Positions 5,428 to 14,010 of a stretch of DNA of 15,406 nucleotides are shown in pieces. The position numbers and the translations under genes were made by a program. The first letter of the stretch is position 1. Every line of letters begins with the position of its first letter. The stretch is from an uncultured archaeon (GTDB lineage: Archaea; Asgardarchaeota; Thorarchaeia; Thorarchaeales; Thorarchaeaceae). The notes beneath the pieces were generated by a model that had not been told where the DNA came from, searched no databases, and was given only the letters and a program-made list of their open reading frames with translations. The DNA lies in the NCBI GenBank assembly GCA_964458565.1, contig CAYWJO010000063.1:1-15406 (forward strand), written 5' to 3'.

Positions 5428-7809
5428 ATGCCATCCCAGATACCAGATTGTGCTTGGACAATTTCACTAAATGAGGGTCCATTGCAACCTGGACGACCCA
5501 GAAGTTACCCTATGGGACTTGAGCCTAGCATGGTATGGCCCAGCCTAGCAGATGTACCAATTGACCTTGACGAGCAATTTTGGGAAATGCTGCCGTGCCC
5601 ACCAACAAAACCAATCGATGATGGATATAATCAAGGCGTTCCAATTGGAGGCATGGGCTGCGGAAGCATAGGACGAGGTTACAAGGGGGACTTTGCACGA
5701 TGGCATCTTCGAACGGGCGCTCATGAATATTACCCCTCTTTACCCAATCAGTTTCATTTGAGAGTTAAGGGGAAAGGGAAACCATTTCTTCAGACTCTAA
5801 ATCCGAGGGTCCCTGATGAATCTCGATTGAGTTCGTGGAGTTGGGGAATGCGAGCTTCCAGGGCCACATATTATGCCCTATTCCCTCGCGCGTGGACAAC
5901 CTATAATTTCCGTGATATTGGAGTTGAAGCCATTTGCCAGCAGCTGACTCCAGTCATTGGAGGTACTTATCGAGAGAGTTCCTACCCTGTAGGTGTCTTC
6001 TCTTGGTTGCTTAAGAATGTCACAGATGATAGACTTGATGTTTCATTAATGTTCACTTGGGAGAATGCAGTATCTCCAACTCAACCAAAAATCGATGGCA
6101 CTCATTCACTGGTCGATTGGCCAAACCCTAACCGACTCTTTTTAGAACTCCGACAGGAACGTAATGAAGCAGCCAGTCCAGTTTCATTTGGGATGGGTGT
6201 TGAAGGAACAGAAGAAACAGAACTCACAAGTTGCTCGCATTTCGATACTGAATCAAAAGGTCGTGAATTATGGCGGAGTTTCAAGAAGGCTGGGATTTTG
6301 GTGGAATCTATACCACGCTCATCTAAGCATTCTCATAAGGAGGGAGGAGCACTATGTGCCAAAGCACGGCTCGAACCTAATGAATCGACTGAGATAACCT
6401 TCGCACTAAGTTGGGATATCCCGATAATCCAATTCGGAGAAGGGCGAAGGTGGTATAAGTACTATACCCGATTTTTCGGAACTGATGGAAGATATGCCAT
6501 TCCCATAGTCACAGAAGCTCTGGATAATTGGCGAACTTGGATGGACATGATTGAAGAATGGCAAAGACCTATTTTGGAGTCAAATCGACCTGCGTGGCTT
6601 AAGTCTGGTCTTTTCAATGAGTTATATTTCCTAGTTGATAGTAGCTCATCATGGATTATTGGAGAAGTTGATGAGAAAATAGACCTAAGGGGTTTGGGAC
6701 ACTTTGGATATCTAGAATGTTTTGAGTATCCATACATCAATACTTACGATGTATTATATTACTCGTCATTTGCAACTTTAATGAATTGGCCTGAACTTGA
6801 CAACAGTATTCAGCGAGACTTTGCTGCTACAATTGATATTGAAGATAACAGTCCGCACGCTTTGCTTGTTGATAAGAAAGTAGTTCCGAGAAAACGTAAG
6901 GGCGCTGTGCCTCACGACCTGGGAATGCCTCAGGAAGATCCTTGGTATAGGTTAAACGCTTACGCCTACTTAGATTGTGGAAGATGGAAGGACCTGAATC
7001 CCAAATTTGTACTTCAAGTTTATCGAAACTTTGTGTTCACAAATAATGAGGAGTTTTTGAAGTATTGCTGGTCCGCCGTAAAACAAGCAATGGAATACGT
7101 TGATGCATTCGACAAGGATTTTGATGGCATCCCTGAAAACGAAGGAATCCCTGATCAGACATATGACAATTGGAGGATGGAAGGTCCCAGCGCTTATTGT
7201 GGCAGTCTGTATTTGGGTGCAGTTCAAGCAATGATTGCTATGGCAAAGAAACTCGGAGATGAAAGTACGGAAAAGAAGTATCATTTTATTCTAGAAAACG
7301 GAAAACGAGCGTTTGATGAGAAGCTCTGGAATGGACAGTATTACAACTTCGACAGTAGTAATGCAAAGCATCATGACAGTATTATGGCCGATCAACTGGC
7401 AGGGCAGTGGTACATGCATGTTTGTGGTCTACCAGATATAGTACCCAATAAGAAGGCAATTTCGGCTTTGCAGGCAATTTATAATTTCAATGTTCTAAGA
7501 TTTCAGCTCGGTCAAATGGGTGCAGTAAATGGAATGCGTCCTGATGGAACGCCTGACGACACCTGTGCTCAAAGCTCAGAAGTCTGGACAGGTACAACCT
7601 ATGCGCTTGCAGCATTCATGATTCATCTAGGACTTGTTGAGCAGGGACTAAAAACAGCATTTGGTGTTTATAATATGACCTACAAGGAGAGAGGCTACTG
7701 GTTTCGGACGCCTGAGGCATGGACTGAACATGGTAATTTCAGAGCCTCGATGTATATGCGTCCCTTGTCAATCTGGGCTATAGAGCACGCTCTCCGAAGT
7801 CTTGAGTAG
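5428..7809 (+). CDS. GH116 beta-glucosidase (non-lysosomal glucosylceramidase GBA2-like), cytoplasmic
   Basis: Motifs GVPIGGMGCGSIGR, YLEC (nucleophile Glu at 6715-6717), VPHDLG, WKDLNPKFVLQVYR, PDQTYDNW (acid/base Asp at 7165-7167), MADQLAGQWY, GAVNGM, QSSEVWTG, FRTPEAW, YMRPLSIW. ATG 5428 is preferred over TTG 5383. No signal peptide. Confidence 0.95.
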   Translation: MPSQIPDCAWTISLNEGPLQPGRPRSYPMGLEPSMVWPSLADVPIDLDEQFWEMLPCPPTKPIDDGYNQGVPIGGMGCGSIGRGYKGDFARWHLRTGAHEYYPSLPNQFHLRVKGKGKPFLQTLNPRVPDESRLSSWSWGMRASRATYYALFPRAWTTYNFRDIGVEAICQQLTPVIGGTYRESSYPVGVFSWLLKNVTDDRLDVSLMFTWENAVSPTQPKIDGTHSLVDWPNPNRLFLELRQERNEAASPVSFGMGVEGTEETELTSCSHFDTESKGRELWRSFKKAGILVESIPRSSKHSHKEGGALCAKARLEPNESTEITFALSWDIPIIQFGEGRRWYKYYTRFFGTDGRYAIPIVTEALDNWRTWMDMIEEWQRPILESNRPAWLKSGLFNELYFLVDSSSSWIIGEVDEKIDLRGLGHFGYLECFEYPYINTYDVLYYSSFATLMNWPELDNSIQRDFAATIDIEDNSPHALLVDKKVVPRKRKGAVPHDLGMPQEDPWYRLNAYAYLDCGRWKDLNPKFVLQVYRNFVFTNNEEFLKYCWSAVKQAMEYVDAFDKDFDGIPENEGIPDQTYDNWRMEGPSAYCGSLYLGAVQAMIAMAKKLGDESTEKKYHFILENGKRAFDEKLWNGQYYNFDSSNAKHHDSIMADQLAGQWYMHVCGLPDIVPNKKAISALQAIYNFNVLRFQLGQMGAVNGMRPDGTPDDTCAQSSEVWTGTTYALAAFMIHLGLVEQGLKTAFGVYNMTYKERGYWFRTPEAWTEHGNFRASMYMRPLSIWAIEHALRSLE

Positions 7810-7911
7810 TCATCTTAATTCAGAATTTTCCTTGATGCAAGAGAGTTGATGTGTTCGCAGGCTAATCTAAACTTAGTGATTGACCTATTTTCTCTATCAT
7901 TTGTGCTATAA

Positions 7912-7945
7912 TCCCTCCCCCCCCACCAAACCAAAAAAAAAAAAA
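7912..7945. repeat. Low-complexity homopolymer tract (C8 at 7917-7924, A13 at 7933-7945)
   Basis: Directly visible: TCCCTCCCCCCCCACCAAACCAAAAAAAAAAAAA. Confidence 0.85.
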
Positions 7946-7967
7946 CAAGTGACTTAGTATTATTCAT

Positions 7968-8014
7968 AAAAAAAAAGAGGGAAGGTTGTAATCTTCACAA
8001 CAACCTCCTCTCTT
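7968..8014 (-). terminator. Hairpin plus oligo-U terminator of the solute-binding protein gene
   Basis: Minus strand AAGAGAGGAGGTTGT-(10 nt)-ACAACCTTCCCTCTT: 15-bp stem with 1 mismatch and 1 G-U, running into T9, starting 8 nt after the stop codon. Confidence 0.8.
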
Positions 8015-8022
8015 AAGCCAAC

Positions 8023-9996
8023 TTACACGGATCTACGTTTGTACAAGACAACGACAACAACAACTACTAGGATCGCGAATCCGGCTCCCACGATGAGAAG
8101 TGTGTAATCCCCTGGTGGAGGTGGTGTAGTTCCTGTTGATTCTAACGCGAAGACGATGGCAAGTAGGTTTGCATTCTGAGTAGCGCCTGCAAAGGGACTG
8201 CTTGGTAGCATTGGATTGGTCACACTGTTGGGCCAGTTCTCCCAGTATGTTGTACTGTAGATTTGCCAGTCAGCATGTCCTGCTAATGGAATCACAGGCA
8301 TTTCTTCACCAAGGATCGTTTGTAGCTCGTTAGCGACAGCCCATTGTGCGGCAGAGCCTGCAGGGTGGGTATCAAGTTCTTCGATGCCGTCAATGAAATC
8401 CTGATTATACCAACCACCCAGAGGAGCATTCACTCCTCCACCTGCGCTTGCACTGTCGGGTGAGAACATCTGGAAGTAGCGCTCATACATGTTCATGTTT
8501 ATTTGACCAGACATGACCATGTTAGCAAGATCGAAATTGTAATTATTCATTCTTACCTGAACAGTACCCCAACCGCTAATGAACTCGACTTGAGTTTGAA
8601 TGTTGAGTAGGCTGGAGAATGCCTGAGCTGCCACTTGGTCCATAGCATTGACATCTGTCCATCCCATGAAGTCAAGGATTGTATATGGAGCAGTTGAGTT
8701 CGATTCCATGTTCCACTCTTGGAGTGGGTAGTGCTTGACGGGATCACTAGGTGTGACTCCTTCCTTCGTCCACCATACTCCTTCTTCAAAAGTACAGTAC
8801 GTTTCTAGAATGTCAATAGCATCTTCTACGTTGTACTCGATTGCGTATTCGGCTTCGAGTGTTTCGTTCAACAATGCTCTGGCAGACTCGTCGTCTGCAG
8901 GAATCAGGAATGGACTAGGATCCTTCAAGTAACCACTAGAAACATCACTCATAGCAGAGTAGTTCAACACTTTAGACATAGCCTTGTGAAGCCAAGACTG
9001 ATTCAGTGGGTAGTTCTTGTGGTTTGGAACAAGCATTACTGGTGACTTGTCTGGGAAGAATGGCAGGTCATCAAAGTATGTTACTACGTTCGGGAAGTCT
9101 TCCTTGACATCACTCAGTCCTGCAAGATAATTGCCGTCCCAATCAAGATCTCCATTTTCCATGGCGAGAAGTGCGAGTTCGTTACTAGAGTATGATGTGT
9201 ACCCGAAGTAGTTTGGTTCGGGTAGTCTACCAAAATCGGTATCGTCTACACCCCACCAGTTACCGTTAACCGCCCCAATCGTGGTTGTAGCGTCATGGAA
9301 GTACGGTAGGTACATACCAGATGCGACCCTCCACTTGGCAGGCACCATCCCGGTATCTTGCCAGTCATTGGTGTATGTTGACAGGTCACCACCATTTGTT
9401 GCATTAATGTCTGACCATACTGCTTCCGGAAATATGAGAAAACCATAAGTCAGTTGTCGATATACTTCACTGCTCGCTGCATATGCTGGAAGAATATTTA
9501 CATTAACTACCGTATCGCTCACCTTGTCGAAGGCTGTGCTAACGTTTCCTATTCTTTGAACCAGAGAACCGATTTGACCGGTTTGCTGGAGTATTTCAAA
9601 CGAGAAGATGACATCATCAGTTGTTATAGGCGTAGTATTAGTAACGAGGTTACTGCCTATTGAAGTCCAGTGAAGCCCGCTTCTCAGTGTAATCTGTATA
9701 GTGTCAGAATCTAACCATTCGATGGTATCACCGAGCCAGCTAATGATTTCTCCTGTTGCCACGTTCGTCCCGAACATAGGTTCATACATCAGGTAGGTAG
9801 TCCAGCCTTGGTTTGAGCCCATATTCCAGGGTTGGTAGCTTCCAGGGTTCATTCCGAAACCAGCCCCCCACACCGTTTCGTTTCTCGGAACTGAGGTTTG
9901 AGCGGCGGCCGGATTCATATTTAAACTGGAGAATACCATTACACCCACTAAGATACCGATGATCATAGCGGTTGTAACCCTATTTTTTCTTTTCAT
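8023..9996 (-). CDS. ABC transporter substrate-binding protein, family 5 (Opp/Dpp), oligosaccharide-binding subgroup
   Basis: Signal peptide ending PAAA|Q. PRNETVW, YEPMF, ITLRSGLHW, ITTDDVIFSF, GWTD and STTYWENWP motifs as in Thermotoga/Thermococcales cellobiose-type SBPs. C-terminal Thr/Pro linker, TM helix and KRR. Confidence 0.9.
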   Translation of the reverse strand: MKRKNRVTTAMIIGILVGVMVFSSLNMNPAAAQTSVPRNETVWGAGFGMNPGSYQPWNMGSNQGWTTYLMYEPMFGTNVATGEIISWLGDTIEWLDSDTIQITLRSGLHWTSIGSNLVTNTTPITTDDVIFSFEILQQTGQIGSLVQRIGNVSTAFDKVSDTVVNVNILPAYAASSEVYRQLTYGFLIFPEAVWSDINATNGGDLSTYTNDWQDTGMVPAKWRVASGMYLPYFHDATTTIGAVNGNWWGVDDTDFGRLPEPNYFGYTSYSSNELALLAMENGDLDWDGNYLAGLSDVKEDFPNVVTYFDDLPFFPDKSPVMLVPNHKNYPLNQSWLHKAMSKVLNYSAMSDVSSGYLKDPSPFLIPADDESARALLNETLEAEYAIEYNVEDAIDILETYCTFEEGVWWTKEGVTPSDPVKHYPLQEWNMESNSTAPYTILDFMGWTDVNAMDQVAAQAFSSLLNIQTQVEFISGWGTVQVRMNNYNFDLANMVMSGQINMNMYERYFQMFSPDSASAGGGVNAPLGGWYNQDFIDGIEELDTHPAGSAAQWAVANELQTILGEEMPVIPLAGHADWQIYSTTYWENWPNSVTNPMLPSSPFAGATQNANLLAIVFALESTGTTPPPPGDYTLLIVGAGFAILVVVVVVVLYKRRSV

Positions 9997-10203
9997 TTGG
10001 TAATTCCCTTCCTAATTGGTTGTGCGATTAATATTGTTGTTTGAACGTAATACATAAGCAATTAGGGAGTTTTGGTGAAAAAAAAATCGGCAGAAGTGGC
10101 AAATCGCTGAAAAAAACGGAAAGCAAGAATGAAGTGGTTATCGAATTACCTCAACAGAATTTCAAGTTGTTTCTGGAAAGATGAAACAATTTTTCCGGCC
10201 AAC

Positions 10204-11025
10204 TTAAGGAAATTCATCCCATTTTTCATATAAACTAGGAACTGCTCCAAGAAGTTCCTTAGTATACGGATGCTCCGGACTGCAGAAAACATCATTAACA
10301 ATGCCTTGTTCGACTATTTCTCCTTCCTTCATGATAAGAACTCTATCAGAAACGTATTGGGCTTGACCAATGTCGTGCGTTATGAATAGCACAGACAATC
10401 CATTTTCCTTTTTCAGAGTTAGAAGTAAGTTCAAGACACCAGCTCGAGTGGACGCATCTATCATGCTAGTAGGTTCATCGGCTATCAACAACTGTGAACC
10501 GATGAGAAGAGATCTTCCGATAAGTAGCCTCTGCATTTGGCCACCGCTCAGCTCGTGAGGGTACCTACCCAACACTTCATTGGGATTTAACCCGATTGAT
10601 GAGAATATGGATTCGATGACCTCTTTTCTTTCCTCATCGTCTAAGTTATCTTCGCGGAGTCCCCACGATCTGCTAATAATATGGTCGACTTTGTAAAACG
10701 GGTTGAATGCAGAGTAGGGATCCTGAAAGACTGCTTGTACTTGTTTGTAGTAATCTCGTATCTTGTAAGAATCGATGCTTCTATCGTTGAGAGTAATATT
10801 GCCAGATGTTGGCTTAATCAATCTCAGTATCATCCTGGCTATCGTTGATTTTCCACTACCACTCTCACCTGCAAGAGAAACAATTTCACCTCTTTTTATA
10901 TCGAAAGTTGCGTTCTTTGCGGCTTGAGTGATTTTTGTTCTAATGAGGCCAGAAGTGTATTCCTTGGTCAGATCTTCACAACTGAGGACGATTTCATTGT
11001 TCTCCGTCTTTTGTTTATCTCCCAT
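10204..11025 (-). CDS. ABC transporter ATPase, OppF/DppF-like
   Basis: Walker A GESGSGKST, FQDPYSAFNP, signature LSGGQMQR, Walker B LLIADEPT, ITHD, HPYT. Confidence 0.95.
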   Translation of the reverse strand: MGDKQKTENNEIVLSCEDLTKEYTSGLIRTKITQAAKNATFDIKRGEIVSLAGESGSGKSTIARMILRLIKPTSGNITLNDRSIDSYKIRDYYKQVQAVFQDPYSAFNPFYKVDHIISRSWGLREDNLDDEERKEVIESIFSSIGLNPNEVLGRYPHELSGGQMQRLLIGRSLLIGSQLLIADEPTSMIDASTRAGVLNLLLTLKKENGLSVLFITHDIGQAQYVSDRVLIMKEGEIVEQGIVNDVFCSPEHPYTKELLGAVPSLYEKWDEFP

Positions 11026-11029
11026 TTTA

Positions 11030-12037
11030 CTACCCCGTTTTTGAAGTTAATAACCAGCAGGATGCTCCCCTCTTTCCATCTCCATCCATGATCATCTCTG
11101 GCTCTTTAGTCTTACAGACATCCATCACGGATGGGCATCGTGGATGGAACCTACAGCCAGTAGGAGGTTCTCGTAGGTCCGGAGGTGATCCTGGGATGGA
11201 TTTCAACTCGTGTGTACATTTTCCTTTAGAGTCATAGGATGCAATTGCAGAGGTTAGCAATTTGGAATAGGGATGTATAGGGTCGTCAATTATTCCATCC
11301 ATATCTCCTATCTCTGCGATCTTACCTCCATACATTACTATGCATTCGTCACAGAGTTGTCTCAGACTTGTCAAATCATGAGATATGTATAGCATGCTTT
11401 CAATAATCCCGATTTGCTTTAAATTCAGTAGAGCCTTGATCATGCGTTTTTGTGAAGTTACATCGAGAGCCGAGGTCGGTTCATCAATAATGAGGAGCTT
11501 GGGATTCCATAGGGTTGATATCGCAATTACGACCCTTTGTTTCATGCCCCCACTAAGTTCATGCGGGTATCTATCTAGAACCTGTTTTTCTAATCCTAGT
11601 GTCTTCATGTGCTTTGCAGCCATTTCAAGAACTTCTTCTTTCCGCTCCTTTGTACGAACCCTTTTGTCAGTACGTTGTCCTACTACATCGAAGATGAAGT
11701 CCCTTATCCTTTTGACTGGATTTAGGGATTCCATTGAGGCTTGGGGTACATAGGACATGCGCTTGCATTTGACTTCAGTTCTTAGTTCTTCGGGATCTAT
11801 GTTGTATATATCAATCCCATCAACTAAGATTCTTCCTCCCTCGTGGTATAGCAGTGGAGGTGGTGACCCCGAAACAAGTTGGGCCAGGGTGGATTTGCCC
11901 CCACCGGATTCACCTGCAATACCCATTATTTTACCTCGGTCTAAACTAAACGTAACACCATCAACGGCATGAACGACACCAAACAAACCTCTGTAGTAAC
12001 CCTTGAGATCTTCGACTTCAAGAATATGGTTCGTCAA
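11030..12037 (-). CDS. ABC transporter ATPase, OppD/DppD-like, with Cys-rich C-terminal extension
   Basis: GESGGGKST, LSGGMKQRV, LLIIDEPT, ISHD, HPYS, GCRFHPRC..C..C. TTG start 6 nt after the upstream stop. Confidence 0.95.
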   Translation of the reverse strand: MTNHILEVEDLKGYYRGLFGVVHAVDGVTFSLDRGKIMGIAGESGGGKSTLAQLVSGSPPPLLYHEGGRILVDGIDIYNIDPEELRTEVKCKRMSYVPQASMESLNPVKRIRDFIFDVVGQRTDKRVRTKERKEEVLEMAAKHMKTLGLEKQVLDRYPHELSGGMKQRVVIAISTLWNPKLLIIDEPTSALDVTSQKRMIKALLNLKQIGIIESMLYISHDLTSLRQLCDECIVMYGGKIAEIGDMDGIIDDPIHPYSKLLTSAIASYDSKGKCTHELKSIPGSPPDLREPPTGCRFHPRCPSVMDVCKTKEPEMIMDGDGKRGASCWLLTSKTG

Positions 12038-12043
12038 GAGAAA

Positions 12044-12880
12044 TCAGATCCTCCGTAATTTTGGATTGAAAACCTCGTCGAGGCCTGCGTGGATGACAAA
12101 AAATGCAGTCAGTATTATTGTCAGCACAAGGCCTGGAGGGATAAACCACCACCAGATATTCCACCAGAATGGAACAATCGTTTGATGCTGAGCCCAGTAT
12201 AGCATATATCCCAAAGTAATCGTGGGAGTCGTGGAAACACCTATCATACTGAGTGCTGACTCAGCCAATATCGATGTACCTGTCAATATTACAAAGACCA
12301 TCATGACGTAAGCCATCATATTTGGTAAAATCTCTGTCACCACTATCCGGATACTACTGTCTCCAGACATCCGGGCCAGATTGACAAATTCTCTTTCTTT
12401 GAGAGTAAGCATTTGTGCTCTTATACTCCTTGCAGCCCATGGCCAGGACGTCACAGCTAGTATCACACCTATCAGAAACAAGTTCAGTCCGCGTACAACT
12501 GATGCGATGATTATGAAGAGTGGTATCAGCGGGAGTACTAGGGCAAGGTTAGTAACTAGATTGGAAATCTTGTCTGCCATCCCACCTCTGTATGGACCCA
12601 CAGCTCCGACGAAGACTGCAATTAGGGTGCCCAAACTACCAGCCACTAATCCGACAAAGAATGAGTTGCCAATAGCATTGCATAATTGGGTAAAGATATC
12701 CTGTCCAAAACTCGTCGTACCCAGAATATGATTTAGGTTAGGAGGTCGGCCCATTAAACTCAGGTTCATGTCGTATGGGTCTCCAAGAAAAAGTGGAAAG
12801 ACTGCACCAAGTACAATGAATATGACCAAGACTACTAAACCGAACATGGCTTTTCGACTTTTCAATAATAGGTCCCACAT
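12044..12880 (-). CDS. ABC transporter permease, OppC/DppC-like
   Basis: HILGTTSFGQDIF, EAA loop EREFVNLARMSG, EILPN, ESALS, WWWFIPPG, GLDEVFNPK. Confidence 0.93.
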   Translation of the reverse strand: MWDLLLKSRKAMFGLVVLVIFIVLGAVFPLFLGDPYDMNLSLMGRPPNLNHILGTTSFGQDIFTQLCNAIGNSFFVGLVAGSLGTLIAVFVGAVGPYRGGMADKISNLVTNLALVLPLIPLFIIIASVVRGLNLFLIGVILAVTSWPWAARSIRAQMLTLKEREFVNLARMSGDSSIRIVVTEILPNMMAYVMMVFVILTGTSILAESALSMIGVSTTPTITLGYMLYWAQHQTIVPFWWNIWWWFIPPGLVLTIILTAFFVIHAGLDEVFNPKLRRI

Positions 12881-12886
12881 TTCTTA

Positions 12887-13987
12887 TCACCCATGTCCGG
12901 TTCTGATTCGTGGATCAATAAAGCCATAGAGAATATCTATCAGAAAGTTGCCTACAACAATAATGACGATTATAACTATAAAGCAACCAAAAATCAGCGG
13001 ATAATCATAATTGAAGACAGCATTATAGAGCAACAAACCAATGCCTGGCCACCCAAAGACGATTTCGATTATCAGAGTTTGTCCTACGATGCCATTGAAC
13101 ACCATGTTTAAACCAGTCAATTGCGGCAGGATAGCGTTTCTTTGAGCATAGGACATCAGTTTTCCTTTTTTAAAACCCAACTGCTCACCATAGCGTACGT
13201 AACCAGCATCCATTTCATGAGTCACCATTGACCTCATCCCGGTGGCCCATGCCCCCACATACACTACTAATAATGTGATGAAAGGTAGAATCCAGTGTGC
13301 TACAAGGTCCATGAAGTAGTCTACACTCAAGGAAGGTATAGTCCCCTGAGTAACAGCTCCGATAGGTGGAATGCTTTGAAACAGCACCACGTAAAGGAAT
13401 ATGATGACCAATCCGAACCAGAATGGTGGCAATTGGTTGGCAAAGACCAAGGCAAAATAACTCGACTCATTTAGCTTGCCTTTTAGGTAGGCAGCTCTGG
13501 CACCAATCCAGTTTCCCACAAAGAAACTGACAAATAGCACAGGAATCGCCAAGGATAGTGTGTAGGGCAGATAGTATTGAATTATGTTTGTAGCAAATAC
13601 TGGGTAGAAATGATATGACTGCCCCAAATTGCCACTAAAGATATTCCCAAGGTAGGTTACGTACCGTTCATGGACAGGCTTATCCAGACCGAAGTATTCT
13701 CTCATAATATCTTCCAAAGCATCGAGATCTGCTCCTGGTGGGGGGTTTCCACTGGAAAGCATTACATCAACGGGATCACCCGGCATGGATTCAATGATAA
13801 TAAACACCAGTGTAACTGAAAAGAACACAACGACCAAGTAAAAGGCAAGTTTCTTGCCAACGAATTTTGCGTATGAGTTGAGAAGCAAACCCTTGAGTTT
13901 CAATAATACCTGACTGAATGAAGAGTCTGTCACTGTAGCGGGGTGTGAGTTACTCTTATCCACCTGAGACTCAGTGTCTTGTGTCAT
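12887..13987 (-). CDS. ABC transporter permease, OppB/DppB-like
   Basis: MPGDPV, FGLDKP, GNLGQS, LPYTL, HWILP, RNAILP, EIVFGWPGIG, DYPLI, DILYGFIDPRIR. Confidence 0.93.
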   Translation of the reverse strand: MTQDTESQVDKSNSHPATVTDSSFSQVLLKLKGLLLNSYAKFVGKKLAFYLVVVFFSVTLVFIIIESMPGDPVDVMLSSGNPPPGADLDALEDIMREYFGLDKPVHERYVTYLGNIFSGNLGQSYHFYPVFATNIIQYYLPYTLSLAIPVLFVSFFVGNWIGARAAYLKGKLNESSYFALVFANQLPPFWFGLVIIFLYVVLFQSIPPIGAVTQGTIPSLSVDYFMDLVAHWILPFITLLVVYVGAWATGMRSMVTHEMDAGYVRYGEQLGFKKGKLMSYAQRNAILPQLTGLNMVFNGIVGQTLIIEIVFGWPGIGLLLYNAVFNYDYPLIFGCFIVIIVIIVVGNFLIDILYGFIDPRIRTGHG

Positions 13988-14010
13988 CTTCTGAATTCCC
14001 CATTATATTC

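Noticed and set aside
10173-10198. Weak hairpin just after the OppF-like stop codon
   Set aside because: Two mismatches on the transcribed strand and no adjacent U-tract.
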